64,000 bases of DNA from an uncultured Oscillospiraceae bacterium (GCA_964515055.1 CAZEUG010000002.1:38032-102031), one strand, 5' to 3'. Shown: positions 1 through 10,610, counted from the first letter of the stretch. The notes: generated by a model from the sequence alone, not told the origin. Program-made: numbers and translations.

Positions 1-1028
1 ACTGTATTCTGATTTTCGGCGTCTCCATTCTGCTCACGGCGCTGCTGATTCTGGCCGCCAACGATATGTTTGCGCTGGTCAAGTCCGATCAGGAAATCAC
101 CATTGCTATCACGGACGATGATTCTCTCCGCGACATTGCCGATACACTCTCCGACAACGGCATCATCCGCTATCCCTCCCTGTTCTGGACGTTTGCCAAA
201 ATGACCGATATGGATGACCGGATTCAGTCCGGCTCCTACACGCTCAGCCCATCCATGGACTACCGTTCCATTCTGTCCACCATCCGTTATCGGCCAAACT
301 CCCGGCAGGTCGTCACCGTGACCGTTCCGGAGGGCATGACGCAGGACGATATTTTCGAATTGCTGGAGGAAAACGGCGTCTGTGAAGCGTATCTGCTCCA
401 CGCCTATGCCAAATACTATGATTTTTCCTACAGCTTTCTGAAGGAGCTTCCCTATTCCGACAAGCGGCTGGAGGGGTATCTGTTCCCGGATACCTACGAT
501 TTCTACATCGACGACTCGCCGGTGCGCGTGCTGAAAAAATTCCTCTCGAACTTCAGCCGGAAATGGGACGTCGATCTGAAATCCCGCGCCGAAAACATCA
601 ACATGAGCATCCGCGATATCACGATCATTGCTTCGATGATTGAGCGTGAAGCCAAGTATGACGAGGAACGGCCTGTGATTGCCTCCGTCATACACAACCG
701 TCTGCGCAGCAGCCGGTTCCCCTATCTGCAGATTGACGCCACGGTGCAGTATGCCCTGCCGGAATGGAAGGAGTATCTGACCGAGGAAGATCTCAAAATT
801 GACAGCCCCTACAACACGTATCTCTACGAGGGGCTGCCGGTCGGACCGATCTGCAACCCCGGTCTGGCCACCATCCGTGCGGTGCTGTATCCGGAGGATA
901 CGGACTACTATTACTATGTTGCACGGAAAAACGGTTGGCATTACTTTGCCTCGACCTATGACCAGCATCAGGAAAATATTCGCCGTGCATCCGATGAAGA
1001 TCTTTCGACGCCGGGGGATGCCTCATAA
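1..1028 (+). CDS. mltG: Endolytic murein transglycosylase MltG/YceG family (5' end outside window)
   Basis: Frame is open from nt 3; a TM-helix-like ILLTALLILAAND precedes the tracked Met at 66. YceG-type motifs PYNTYLYEGLPVGPICNPG and DYYYYVARKNGWHYFAST. Confidence 0.85.
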   Translation, partial: CILIFGVSILLTALLILAANDMFALVKSDQEITIAITDDDSLRDIADTLSDNGIIRYPSLFWTFAKMTDMDDRIQSGSYTLSPSMDYRSILSTIRYRPNSRQVVTVTVPEGMTQDDIFELLEENGVCEAYLLHAYAKYYDFSYSFLKELPYSDKRLEGYLFPDTYDFYIDDSPVRVLKKFLSNFSRKWDVDLKSRAENINMSIRDITIIASMIEREAKYDEERPVIASVIHNRLRSSRFPYLQIDATVQYALPEWKEYLTEEDLKIDSPYNTYLYEGLPVGPICNPGLATIRAVLYPEDTDYYYYVARKNGWHYFASTYDQHQENIRRASDEDLSTPGDAS

Positions 1029-1051
1029 ATCATGGAAAGGATTGTTTTATT

Positions 1052-2785
1052 ATGGAGTATCATCTGCAATGCTCGGACACGTTTCGTGCGTCCTGTTCCG
1101 AGTTCTGCCCCGAACCGGGTATTGTTTTGCTGCATCTGACTGCGGATGCCGTGGCGTCGCCCGCCAAGCTGGAGCTGACCGTTCACTGGGAGATGCCGAA
1201 CACCGGCATTGCTCTGACATGGACGCCCAGCAACTATCGGGATAAGATCGTCGGGCCGAACTGGCGGCAGCTGAACGATTCGTGCGGGATGTCCGGTGCG
1301 CCAATCTATGTGAGCGTCGGCGACCACGATCAGAACTGCCTGACCATCGCCTGTTCGGACGCCAAAAACCGTGTCGGGATGCGCACCGGTGTGATCGAGG
1401 AGAACGGCTGCATGGACTGCCGCGTCCGCATCAACGTGGACAGCGCCATTTCGCACTACGAAGCGGATATCCGTCTGGATCGCCGCGACCTGCCGTTTTA
1501 CAAGTCGATTCAGGATGTCCAGCGCTGGTGGACGACCTATGACGGCTATACGCCCGCTCCCGTCCCGGCGGATGCGCGCGAGCCGCTCTACTCCGCCTGG
1601 TACAGCTACCATCAGGCCATCGACGTGCCAGCCATTGTGCGAGAATGTGCATACTTCGCCAAGCTGGGAACACGCGTGCTGATCGTTGATGACGGCTGGC
1701 AGACGGATGACGGGAGCCGCGGCTATGACTACTGCGGCGACTGGCAGACCGCCGCCTCCAAGGTACCCGATATGCGCGCCTTTGTCGATGCGGTTCACGC
1801 ACAGGGCATGAAGTTTGTACTCTGGTATTCCGTTCCGTTCGTTGGTGAATACACCGCCGCCTATGAGCGGTTCAAGGACAAGCTGCTCGGCTCCCGCGGG
1901 CACAACAATGCATCCAAGACGCACGTGTTTGATCCGCGCTATCCGGAGGTTCGCGCTTATCTGATTGACCTGTACCGGAAGGCCGTGCTGGATTGGGATC
2001 TGGACGGCTTCAAGTTTGACTTTGTGGACGCCTTCTACCAGTCGGATGATACGGCGGAGGGCATGGACTATGTCTCGGTCTACGACGCGGTGGATCGTCT
2101 GATGAAGGACGTCATTGCCGAGCTGCGTACCATCAAGCCGGACATTCTGATCGAGTTCCGGCAATCCTACATCGGCCCGCTGATGCGCACCTTCGGCAAT
2201 ATGTTCCGCGTGGGCGATTGCCCCTGCGACGCGTATTCCAACCGCGTTTCTTCCATCGCGCTGCGGATGCTCTGCGGCAACACTGCCATTCACTCCGATA
2301 TGGTCATGTGGCATCCGGAGGTCAGTGCAGAGCAGGCGGCCTATCAGCTGACCAGCGTGCTCTTTGCCGTGCCGCAGATTTCCGTCCGGCAGGATCAGCT
2401 TTCGCCGGAGCAGACGGAAATGGTCGCCGCGTATCTCGCGCTGTGGCGGAAATATCGGGATGTGCTGCTCGACGGAGAGATGTTCTACCATGGCTACGCC
2501 AGCGATTTCCCGTATGTCTCCTCCCGCAAGGGCAATACGCAGGTCGGTGCCGTCTACGGCGGCATGATCGCCTATCTCCCGGAGGTGACCGACGAGATCG
2601 TTCTCGTCAACGCCTCGCCGGACAGCCGGATTCTGCTGGATGCGCCCTGTGCCGGAACGTATCGCTACAGCATCACGGATTGCTGCGGTAAGCCGGTCGG
2701 CAGCGGCACCATCGCGCTCAACGGTGCCTTCCCGGTGATTGATCACGTCCCGGTCAACGGCGTGGTCACACTGACTCGTGCATAG
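1052..2785 (+). CDS. Alpha-galactosidase-like glycoside hydrolase (GH36/melibiase-like)
   Basis: 577-aa ORF with LIVDDGWQTDDG and LDGFKFDFVD motifs typical of clan GH-D alpha-galactosidases. GGAAAGGA RBS upstream of the ATG. Confidence 0.7.
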   Translation: MEYHLQCSDTFRASCSEFCPEPGIVLLHLTADAVASPAKLELTVHWEMPNTGIALTWTPSNYRDKIVGPNWRQLNDSCGMSGAPIYVSVGDHDQNCLTIACSDAKNRVGMRTGVIEENGCMDCRVRINVDSAISHYEADIRLDRRDLPFYKSIQDVQRWWTTYDGYTPAPVPADAREPLYSAWYSYHQAIDVPAIVRECAYFAKLGTRVLIVDDGWQTDDGSRGYDYCGDWQTAASKVPDMRAFVDAVHAQGMKFVLWYSVPFVGEYTAAYERFKDKLLGSRGHNNASKTHVFDPRYPEVRAYLIDLYRKAVLDWDLDGFKFDFVDAFYQSDDTAEGMDYVSVYDAVDRLMKDVIAELRTIKPDILIEFRQSYIGPLMRTFGNMFRVGDCPCDAYSNRVSSIALRMLCGNTAIHSDMVMWHPEVSAEQAAYQLTSVLFAVPQISVRQDQLSPEQTEMVAAYLALWRKYRDVLLDGEMFYHGYASDFPYVSSRKGNTQVGAVYGGMIAYLPEVTDEIVLVNASPDSRILLDAPCAGTYRYSITDCCGKPVGSGTIALNGAFPVIDHVPVNGVVTLTRA

Positions 2786-2821
2786 TTATGCGCTTGCGTG
2801 AAATACGCTGAAAGCCATTCA

Positions 2822-2865
2822 AAACCGCCCCGGGCTGTTTGACACAGCTCAGGGCGGTTTCATTG
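2822..2865. terminator. Bidirectional intrinsic terminator between convergent genes
   Basis: AACCGCCC...GGGCGGTT stem with inner GCTGT/ACAGC pairing. T-run on the + side, A-run (U-run on the minus strand) on the other side. Confidence 0.6.
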
Positions 2866-2917
2866 TCCATTCAGGCAGTCGCGGTTGGCGTGTGGAGGAA
2901 TTCCGGGCATTTCTGTA

Positions 2918-3664
2918 TCAGGCATAGCGGTACAGGTTTTCCCGGCCGCTCCGGCCAACGCACAAAACGGCCTGCATGGAAACGAGCAGGTTCAGCGCCT
3001 GCTGGGCATCGCGTCGGCGGATATGCGCCGCAGCGGCCAGCATGGCGCTGGTAAACGGTTCTTCCATCCCCTTCGGCAGCAGGGCTGCATAATCGGCGGG
3101 TGTGCGCAGGGCAATGACGGAGCGCAGCGCGGTCGGGATTTTTTCATAGCGCGTTGCGTGGCGTTTACGTGTTTCGCCGGTTCCATCCAGCAATCGATAT
3201 TCGTCCAGCGTCAGGCAGACGAGATCGACCGTCAGCCCCGGCATTTGCAGTCGGGATTTCAGCGCACAGAGATCCGACAACGCCTCCAGCGGTTTGCCGT
3301 GGACGCGTGAGCGCCGCGTTTCCACCACTTCCCCGCTCGCCGGTTCCAGCCAGAGGATGCGTGCATCGGTCACCACCGGGCAGACGATTCGCACATCCGT
3401 CACCGGCAAAAAGGCGTCCAGCTTTCGCGCCAGCCGGTGCAGCTGTGCCGTCTGGATTTCCACGGCGCACGTTTCTGCCAGGGCGTCCGTCACATAGCCC
3501 TGCAGCTTGCGTTCGTGACGTGTTTCGTCCGGCTCATAGAAATATTTCAGCGTGAGGTGCAGCGTTTTTTCGCCGAGAGAGCCAATCCCGTTTTCGCCGC
3601 GGCGCGCGGCGGCGGCGCGGAGACAGGCCTCTGCAAACGCCTGCTGCTGTTCAGTCTCAGTCAA
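2918..3664 (-). CDS. Conserved hypothetical protein, possible PD-(D/E)xK nuclease-like fold
   Basis: 248-aa ORF, TTG start 9 nt after GGAAGGAG. D..x10..VEIQT motif; function not recognised with confidence. Confidence 0.5.
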   Translation of the reverse strand: MTETEQQQAFAEACLRAAAARRGENGIGSLGEKTLHLTLKYFYEPDETRHERKLQGYVTDALAETCAVEIQTAQLHRLARKLDAFLPVTDVRIVCPVVTDARILWLEPASGEVVETRRSRVHGKPLEALSDLCALKSRLQMPGLTVDLVCLTLDEYRLLDGTGETRKRHATRYEKIPTALRSVIALRTPADYAALLPKGMEEPFTSAMLAAAAHIRRRDAQQALNLLVSMQAVLCVGRSGRENLYRYA

Positions 3665-3758
3665 GGGTCATGGCTCCTTCCCGTTTTTCCGGATATCTGC
3701 CCTTGATTATACCACATTTCGCCGCCTTTGAAAAGGGATTCCGTGCGTTTGCCGCGGT

Positions 3759-6062
3759 TTACGTGACTGGCAGCTCGTGATCGGTATAATGCAGCACGAT
3801 CACGGTGCGATCGTCGCCGTTGTCGTCCGTTTTCGCCATCCGCAGCAGCAGCTCTGACAGCTCCCGCGGATTGTCGCAGTGCAGCTTTTTCAGGCAGCTG
3901 CAAAATTCCTCCGGCGACTGACCCGCCAGGACACCATCGCTGGTCAGGACGATCAGGTCGCCCGGCGTGAGTGCTGTCCGCGTCACGCTGATTTCCTCCA
4001 TCGACGGCTTGCTGCCCAGAATGCGGACGTGATAGGCGTTCCCGCATTTGCGGCGGAGGAAGGTCGGCGCGGCGCGGTATTTGATCGTGTGGAGCTCGCC
4101 GGTTTTCGGATGCACCACGGCAATGTCCACCGTTGCGAAATTTTCGCCGTCTGAGCGAATCTGCACGGAGGAGCGGATGATATCGACGGCCTGTCCCGGT
4201 TCGATGCCCGCTCTGAGGAAGCTCTCCAGCAGCTTCACCGTTCGCACGGCTTCCTCCCGCGCTTCCGTCCCGCTGCCCATGCCGTCGCAGAGCACCACGT
4301 ACATACTGCCGTCCTTCCCGGTGAAATACGTCCCGCAGTCGCCGCTGATGCGTTCTCCGCGCCTTTTCTCGGCGGTTGCGCCAATCTGGCAGGAGCATTC
4401 CGGGCGTTCGGAGAAGGTCATGCAGGAGAGGTGCCGCCCCTCCAGCTGCTCCGGCATCGCCATTCGCACGCCGCTGATATGGCTGATGGCCTCCGCCAGC
4501 TCCTCGCCACGGCCGTTCAGCGCACGCAAATTCGTCCCGCACAGCTCGACGTGCAGGCGATCCTCACCGTCCCGGTAGGCGATCACCTCGGCCTCTGCGC
4601 CGTATTCTGCCGTCAGGCGCTTCAGCTCCGCTTCCAGCTTCGCCTCGAACTGCGGTTCGTTTGACAGCTCCACCGCCTCCGCATCCAGCAGCGCCGACAG
4701 CTGGCCGTACTGCCGGGAGAGGAGCGCACGGTTGTCGCGGTACTCCCCTTTTCGGATGTGCCGTTCCCGTCCGGCGCGAATGGCGAGCGTCAGGCAGGCA
4801 CAGACATCCTCCAGACGCGAGCAGCGCGTGCGGACGCTTTCACAGAAATCTGCCGGCTCCGCACGGCCGCGACCCATCATGGCGCGAAAGCCATTTCGCT
4901 CCGACGCCATTTCCCGGATGCAGCCCGTCCGGTTTTCGCATCGGCCGCAGGAGGCTTCCAGACCTTCTGCCAGCCAATCCGTCTCCTGCGCGTTCTCGCG
5001 CGTCTGGTCGGGCTTCATGGTCTTTGCCAGATCATCATAGGCACCCGCCAGACTTTGCAGCCTGGCCTGCATATGGCGGCGGATGTGGGCATCCGCGCCG
5101 CTGTGGTCGGTTTGCATTTTGCTGATCGGCCTTTGGAGCCACGCAGCCGGCAGGAGTGCGAAGGCGGCTGCGCCGACGGCCGCCTCAATCACAGCGCCGA
5201 ACGACTGCGCCTCCGTTGGGAGGAGCAGAATGGCCACGGCGTGGACGGCGACAAGTGTCAGCGCGGATGCCACGCGGCCGCCGCGGATGCTCCATCCGGC
5301 AGTCAGGCCGCCGAGCGCGTACAGTGCCGTGCAGAGTGGAACGCCGGAGCCGGTCAGATCCATGGTCAGGCCGATGGCCAGTCCCGCAACGGTTCCGCCG
5401 TAGGCTCCGGCTGCATACGCAGCGGCAAGCACCAGCGTGACGGCCGCCATGCAGCCGATTCGAATCGACAGGCCGCCGATGGAAAAGCCCGGCAGCGCTG
5501 CGCCGCAGAGTGCCAGCAGAACGAGCTGCGCGAGGAACTGTTTTTCCGAATCGAGCGCACTGGGCACGCGGCGGTTGGAGCCGTGGAGTGCTGTCGAAAA
5601 CACGGCTGCTGCGGCCATGGAGAGCATCAGCTCCGCGAGGTCGAGCAGCACGGCCAGCGCACCGCCGCCCGAGGTCAGGTGCCAGACCAGCCCCGTCAGG
5701 CCAATTGCCAGACCGGTGGAGAGCATGGCAAAGAGCGGTGTGCGCGTTCGGAACACCTGTCGAAGCGTCAGTTTGAGCATCATGGCGATCAGCGCGGCTG
5801 CCAGGTAGCGGATGCTGTCAATGCGGTTCCACGCGGCACAGGTGCCGATCAGAACACCCGCCGCTGTCGCCAGCAGCCGTCTGTTTTTCTGCTGTGCCTG
5901 CAAAAATGACACGCCGAACGGTGCGCGGCTGCCATAGATGATCGTCTGTGCCAGCAGGAAGCCGCCGACCGCAGCCAGGCAAAGCGCCAGCACCTCCCGC
6001 TGTTCGGGTATTCGCTGTTCGCGGACTTCTGTCGTGTTCGGGTCAAATTCCAAGAGTTTCAT
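3759..6062 (-). CDS. spoIIE: Stage II sporulation protein E (polytopic membrane domain + PP2C phosphatase)
   Basis: 767 aa. N-terminal ~320 aa is multi-TM; C-terminal PP2C/SpoIIE domain (GDCGTYF...VVLCDGMGSGTEAREEA...LTSDGV). Confidence 0.9.
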   Translation of the reverse strand: MKLLEFDPNTTEVREQRIPEQREVLALCLAAVGGFLLAQTIIYGSRAPFGVSFLQAQQKNRRLLATAAGVLIGTCAAWNRIDSIRYLAAALIAMMLKLTLRQVFRTRTPLFAMLSTGLAIGLTGLVWHLTSGGGALAVLLDLAELMLSMAAAAVFSTALHGSNRRVPSALDSEKQFLAQLVLLALCGAALPGFSIGGLSIRIGCMAAVTLVLAAAYAAGAYGGTVAGLAIGLTMDLTGSGVPLCTALYALGGLTAGWSIRGGRVASALTLVAVHAVAILLLPTEAQSFGAVIEAAVGAAAFALLPAAWLQRPISKMQTDHSGADAHIRRHMQARLQSLAGAYDDLAKTMKPDQTRENAQETDWLAEGLEASCGRCENRTGCIREMASERNGFRAMMGRGRAEPADFCESVRTRCSRLEDVCACLTLAIRAGRERHIRKGEYRDNRALLSRQYGQLSALLDAEAVELSNEPQFEAKLEAELKRLTAEYGAEAEVIAYRDGEDRLHVELCGTNLRALNGRGEELAEAISHISGVRMAMPEQLEGRHLSCMTFSERPECSCQIGATAEKRRGERISGDCGTYFTGKDGSMYVVLCDGMGSGTEAREEAVRTVKLLESFLRAGIEPGQAVDIIRSSVQIRSDGENFATVDIAVVHPKTGELHTIKYRAAPTFLRRKCGNAYHVRILGSKPSMEEISVTRTALTPGDLIVLTSDGVLAGQSPEEFCSCLKKLHCDNPRELSELLLRMAKTDDNGDDRTVIVLHYTDHELPVT

Positions 6063-6228
6063 AGGGTGGTCTGTCCTTCCTGAGAATGCTTTTGTATCGG
6101 GCGATTGCCCGCCTGTATATCATACCGTCCGGGCGGTGGTATTTTTTGTCGCATTGGACAGACCGATTCTTTTTTCACCGTTGGTTCTTTTTCGAAAATC
6201 CGACACGTTCCATCATTTGAAAGCACCT

Positions 6229-6273
6229 GAAAACGCCGCATTCCATCCCCTTCGATCGAATGCGGCGTTTTTT
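6229..6273 (-). terminator. Intrinsic terminator downstream of rlmH
   Basis: 12-bp stem AACGCCGCATTC/GAATGCGGCGTT with A/T runs on both sides, 9 nt after the rlmH stop. Confidence 0.6.
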
Positions 6274-6281
6274 GCGTCTGT

Positions 6282-6755
6282 TTATTTATGATATTTGCGG
6301 TGGTTCAGAATTGCAAAGGCGCGATAGAGCTGTTCCAGCAGCATAACACGCGCCAGGTGGTGCGGAAACGTCATTTTGGACATGGACAGCAGCCAGCCTG
6401 CGCGCTGCTTCAGGCGCGGGCTGAGGCCGTTGGAGCCGCCAATGACCAGGCACAGGCGGCTGTCGCCGCCGCTCGCCAGCGTGTCAATGCGGGCGGCGAA
6501 GGCTTCGCTCGCCAGCTGAGCGCCCTCCGGCGTCAGGACGATCAGGAATGCGCCCTTTGGAATTGCCCGCTCAATGGCATCGCACTCCGCTTCCAGCGCG
6601 GGGGCGATTTCCGAATCGTTGTCCACCGGGCGCTCCGGCAGCTCAAGCACCGTGACGGATGCGAAGGGACGCAGGCGCTTCAGGTATTCCTCACAGGCGG
6701 CCTGATAGTGCTTTTCCTTCAGCTTACCGACGCAGATCAGTGTGACAGAGATCAT
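6282..6755 (-). CDS. rlmH: 23S rRNA (pseudouridine1915-N3)-methyltransferase RlmH
   Basis: 157 aa, SPOUT family. MISVTLICVGKLKEKHY...LVIGGSNGL...MTFPHHLARVMLLEQLYRA is the characteristic RlmH pattern. ATGA overlap with the upstream gene. Confidence 0.9.
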   Translation of the reverse strand: MISVTLICVGKLKEKHYQAACEEYLKRLRPFASVTVLELPERPVDNDSEIAPALEAECDAIERAIPKGAFLIVLTPEGAQLASEAFAARIDTLASGGDSRLCLVIGGSNGLSPRLKQRAGWLLSMSKMTFPHHLARVMLLEQLYRAFAILNHRKYHK

Positions 6756-7624
6756 AAGTCAGGGGCCTCCGGCGCTTCCGGCGGGGTGTCCTCCGGGGAC
6801 GTCCGGTTCCGCTCATCCGCCGAGCGGACATATTCCGCATAGACGACCTGCGTCATCCGCATATACGGCATCAGATAGAGCAGCGGCAAAAACATGAACA
6901 GGGCGCACATCAGATACCATCCGGCGAAGCTGACGATGCAGAGTACCCATTCCCACACATGGCCGCGCATGGCGCGCCACGAGCGCAATGCGGCATCAAA
7001 CGGCCCGGCCTCCGGGTGGTCGAGGAAATAGTACGGCGTCAGCAGCAGGCGGATTGCAAACAGCGCGTAGATCAGCATACATCCCAGTGAGACGGCAACG
7101 ACGCGGCCATCAACGAGCGCCCAGTTGACCGTCGGCGATGCCAGAGCGGTCAGCTGCTCCGACAGATCGGCCAGCACAGCATCCGCCGTATCGAGCAGCC
7201 AGCTGGCTGGGATGCTGTACAGTGCAAGGGAGATCAGGCCGGTCACGACGGTGTAAACATAGTATTCCAGCACGCGCTTCAGCCGTTCGCCATCGGAATA
7301 CCATAGAAAAACATCCATCACACGCGGCTTCTGGCGGCGAAACGCCTTCATCAGGAATTCGGCAACACCCAGTGTCAGCGGTACCAGCAGGAAGCCGGTC
7401 AGGACGGTCAGCAGAGCGGAGGAAAGATCAAAGCGATAGACCCAGATTTGAACCATGCAGATCAGCCCAAATCTTTGTGTCAGGCCGGAAATTACCGTGG
7501 AAAGTGCGAAACCGGTCACCGTTTCCAAGGCAAGGAGAAAAACGATTTTGAACAGATACGGCGCCATGGCCGGTTTGGCCAGGCCTTTTGCCGTTCGAAT
7601 GACCTGTGAGCGTGGCAGTTTCAT
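6752..7624 (-). CDS. Polytopic membrane protein (DUF975-like), Pro-rich C-terminus
   Basis: Several hydrophobic helices. Start chosen at MKLPRSQVIRTAKGL (uncertain); stop overlaps the rlmH start. Confidence 0.55.
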   Translation of the reverse strand: MKLPRSQVIRTAKGLAKPAMAPYLFKIVFLLALETVTGFALSTVISGLTQRFGLICMVQIWVYRFDLSSALLTVLTGFLLVPLTLGVAEFLMKAFRRQKPRVMDVFLWYSDGERLKRVLEYYVYTVVTGLISLALYSIPASWLLDTADAVLADLSEQLTALASPTVNWALVDGRVVAVSLGCMLIYALFAIRLLLTPYYFLDHPEAGPFDAALRSWRAMRGHVWEWVLCIVSFAGWYLMCALFMFLPLLYLMPYMRMTQVVYAEYVRSADERNRTSPEDTPPEAPEAPDL

Positions 7625-7744
7625 AGGGCGACTGATTTCATCCTTTCTTTGCGGGCTGCACGCTGCCATCAGACAGAGCCCGTGAACAAACACGCCCGCC
7701 CGACATGGTGCGCACGTCGGACGGGGTGGATGGATCGTTCCGGA

Positions 7745-9424
7745 TCAGATGCCCGGAGCGTTGGGATCATCGGTATCAACCGGCTCTGTCGGCTGCGGCG
7801 GCGCGGTCGTTGTCTCCGGCGGATTGGTCACCGGTGGTTCCGTGACAGGCGGTTCCGTGACAGGCGGTTGCGTTTCGCTGACAGCCGGGCCGACATAGGT
7901 CAGGCCGTTATACGGGCTGTATTTGCTGGTGTTGACCTTGACCTCCTGCTGGAGGACGCCATCGACGTAGATCTGCTTATACAGTTCGACCTTGTAGCCC
8001 GGCATACCGGTCCGCACTTTTCTCTCCGTGCCCGGTGCAAGGGTCGAATCTTCGACATATTTCATCGTCTGTTCGTAGGTTTCCAGAACGACGGACTTGA
8101 ACTTGATCGTCCGGTTGGCAGCCCGCGACTCTTTCCCATAGATGGAGACGGTCAGTGTGCCGTTGCTGGCTTTGGCCGAAATCCGGATGGGTTCATCCGT
8201 GTTGTTGCGGAAAACGTAGTCCAGAGAGCCATAATAGAGGGTGGCATCCATGCCGAGATCAACGTAGGAAACCTTGTAGGCGTGGACATAGCGGGAAATC
8301 TGATCCATTTCGGCGTACAGCGAGGCGACGTAGAGCGTCGAACTCACCTGGCAGATGCCGCCGCCGAGACCCTCCTGCATTCCGCCGTTTTGGAAGACGG
8401 TCGCCGGTTTGTAGCCCTTTTCCTTGGTTCGTTCACCGACAACGCGGTTGAAGGAGAAGGTCTGTCCCGGCAGAACGACAGATTCATGGATAGCAGCAGT
8501 TGCCAGGCCGACGTTGACCGTGCGGTTGGCCTCTGCGGGGTTATAATAGGTGATGCACTGTCCCAGCAGGTCTTTGAAGTACTGGTTCGGGAGCGTTTCC
8601 GCCGTGACAGCCGGTTGAATTTCCTGCTTGAGGAATGTCTTTTCCGTCCAGTTGCCGTTGTTCAGCTCCTGACGAATCTGGTCGATGTCGATGTCGTAGC
8701 CGATGACTTCCCTGACAACGATGGTATTGTTGTCGGCGTCCACATCGTAATAGGCGTCGGCGGGCGCGCAGTAGATCATGGTATACAGTTCATCGAGGTT
8801 CGGCATTTCCGGCGCCTTTGTGATCGTCTTCAGCTCCAGCTCTCCGGTCTGATGGTCATCCAGCGCATTCACGACCTGACGGAAGGCTTCTTCCTTATCG
8901 ACAGAGGTGTGCTCCGTGCCGCGACGGAAGGTCACGCCGTTTTCCGTCAGCTCATACTCGGTATCGGAGCCGGTATCGATGCTGGCAACCAGCTCGTCTA
9001 TCCGTTTGATAATGTATTCCTCGTCAACGCCGGTGATATCAGCCTTGATCGCCTGAATGGACTGATACTGGGCAATCAGCGACAGGTCATAGCCCTTGCT
9101 TTTCATGTAGGCGGTCAGTGCGTCATAGTCGACCGGGGCATTTGCCTCGTTGAGGCTGATTTTCACGGATGCACCGGCGGCCTTCACCGTCAGCGCCTGA
9201 TCCTTTCGGGAATCCGTGATATAGCCCTTGACGAGCATTTCAACCTCGCTGCTGGCAACCGGCGTGGAGGATGCGGAGGGATTCTCCGTGACGTCGGGCG
9301 GATCCTGAAACGTATCCTTCAGCTCACCGACCAGCCAGATTCCCAGCAGAATCAGCAGGACGGCGGAAATGGCCAGCAGAACGATCAGCGTAATTTTCGG
9401 CATTGTCGTTTTCTTTTTGCTCAT
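7745..9424 (-). CDS. VanW-domain protein with N-terminal TM anchor and C-terminal (PPVTE)n tail
   Basis: [12 protein letters not shown] VanW signature. Start re-picked at MSKKKTTMPKITLIVLL (GGAG RBS). Degenerate 15-bp repeats at 7819-7877 encode TEPPVTEPPVTEPPVTNPP. Confidence 0.85.
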   Translation of the reverse strand: MSKKKTTMPKITLIVLLAISAVLLILLGIWLVGELKDTFQDPPDVTENPSASSTPVASSEVEMLVKGYITDSRKDQALTVKAAGASVKISLNEANAPVDYDALTAYMKSKGYDLSLIAQYQSIQAIKADITGVDEEYIIKRIDELVASIDTGSDTEYELTENGVTFRRGTEHTSVDKEEAFRQVVNALDDHQTGELELKTITKAPEMPNLDELYTMIYCAPADAYYDVDADNNTIVVREVIGYDIDIDQIRQELNNGNWTEKTFLKQEIQPAVTAETLPNQYFKDLLGQCITYYNPAEANRTVNVGLATAAIHESVVLPGQTFSFNRVVGERTKEKGYKPATVFQNGGMQEGLGGGICQVSSTLYVASLYAEMDQISRYVHAYKVSYVDLGMDATLYYGSLDYVFRNNTDEPIRISAKASNGTLTVSIYGKESRAANRTIKFKSVVLETYEQTMKYVEDSTLAPGTERKVRTGMPGYKVELYKQIYVDGVLQQEVKVNTSKYSPYNGLTYVGPAVSETQPPVTEPPVTEPPVTNPPETTTAPPQPTEPVDTDDPNAPGI

Positions 9425-9529
9425 ATGTTTTCTCCATCTGTCTACAGATATGGGGTTCTCAGGCATCCATATTTCCGGGCGGCGAATGACGCAGCGCCAT
9501 GGAAAACCCTTTTCGGATGATACTTCTCT

Positions 9530-9558
9530 ATTATAGCAGTCTGCGGCCGGAAAATCAA
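9530..9558 (-). promoter_or_regulatory. Putative sigma-A promoter for the VanW gene
   Basis: Minus strand TTGATT-17 nt-(TGc)TATAAT, about 100 nt upstream of the start at 9424. Confidence 0.4.
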
Positions 9559-9758
9559 TGACAGTCCGCTTACAAACTGGATAATTTTTGGAAACAGCTG
9601 TATTTTCTGCACAGCTATCCGTTTCACAGCGGTTCTCCATCCGGACGGAGAACCGCCCGGACATTTTCTGTCCGGGCGGCTTTTTGTTTCCGGTTGATGT
9701 TGACGGCTGTCCACTCAACGTGCGGTTGGTGAGACGGTTCGGCCGTGCAGTGCAGGAT

Positions 9759-10610
9759 TCAGCAGTTCGGCGTTTCGTCCATCATGGCCGCGATTCTCCG
9801 GCCTCTTTCCAGCGCCTGACGCAGATAGGCATCCTGATCGAGTTCGGCATACCGGTCATGAGTGTTCCGACCCGGCTTCGCCTGGCTGCACAGCTCCATC
9901 ATCAGGATGCCCTGATAGTGGGCGCGTTTCAGGCGTTTGCAGATGCCGGCCCAGTCCGCCGTTCCGTCGAACGGCATCAGGTGGGCATCGTCCAGGAACG
10001 TCAGGACGGACGGATCCGTCATGCCGAGGTTGTCATTCAGGTGGGTACAGATGAGCTTGTCGCCGTAGCGTGCCGGGACGTCCTCGGCATGGTTGTAGCA
10101 GAGCTCATGGCCGGTATCCCAGCAGAAGCCAACGGCGGGCGAATCGGCGAAGGCATCGATGAGCGCCTGCAGATAGTTGATGTGCTCGACGTTTTCAAAG
10201 GCCAGACGTACCGGTGTCTCCTCCGCGGCTTTGATGATGCGTTCAAACCGTTTCAGACCCAGAGCGGACGGCGGCGTATTGCGATCCATGCCGATGATCG
10301 GGTGCATGACCGCGATCGGGACATCGTTCTCCGCGCAGTCGTGGATGCAGCGGATCAGGACGGAGGCAAATTCATCGCCGGCGTCCCCTTCATCCCACAG
10401 AGTGCTGCACGGGCCGAACGGCGCGTGAATGGATTGATAGATCAGACCGAGGGAGCGGATGCGCGCAGCCAGTGCAGCGACATCGGTTGTTTCATTCCAG
10501 CCGGTGAAGCAGGCGTCAAAGCCCGCCCGCGCAATCGCGTCAATGGATTCTTCCGGTGTCTGGACACGGTATGCACCGGCATTGATTCCGATTTTCCAGG
10601 TTTCGCTCAT
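9759..10610 (-). CDS. Sugar phosphate isomerase/epimerase (xylose-isomerase-like TIM barrel)
   Basis: 283 aa, with the pattern of conserved H/D/E metal ligands (HAPF...FENV...CWDTGH...HLND) typical of AP-endonuclease-2/TIM-barrel isomerases. Confidence 0.8.
   Translation of the reverse strand: MSETWKIGINAGAYRVQTPEESIDAIARAGFDACFTGWNETTDVAALAARIRSLGLIYQSIHAPFGPCSTLWDEGDAGDEFASVLIRCIHDCAENDVPIAVMHPIIGMDRNTPPSALGLKRFERIIKAAEETPVRLAFENVEHINYLQALIDAFADSPAVGFCWDTGHELCYNHAEDVPARYGDKLICTHLNDNLGMTDPSVLTFLDDAHLMPFDGTADWAGICKRLKRAHYQGILMMELCSQAKPGRNTHDRYAELDQDAYLRQALERGRRIAAMMDETPNC

Noticed and set aside
968-2746. 592-aa minus-strand ORF
   Set aside because: It lies entirely antisense to the well-supported GH36-like gene. 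It is Arg/Gly/Ala-rich, low-complexity translation typical of antisense frames in high-GC DNA, with no RBS or motifs.
6063-6228. Spo0A boxes upstream of spoIIE
   Set aside because: Only partial matches (TGTCGCA, TTCGAAA) to the TGTCGAA consensus were seen, which is not enough to call binding sites.
7649-9520. 623-aa plus-strand ORF
   Set aside because: Antisense to the VanW gene (which carries the GGGICQVSS signature), with a low-complexity Arg/Gly-rich composition.
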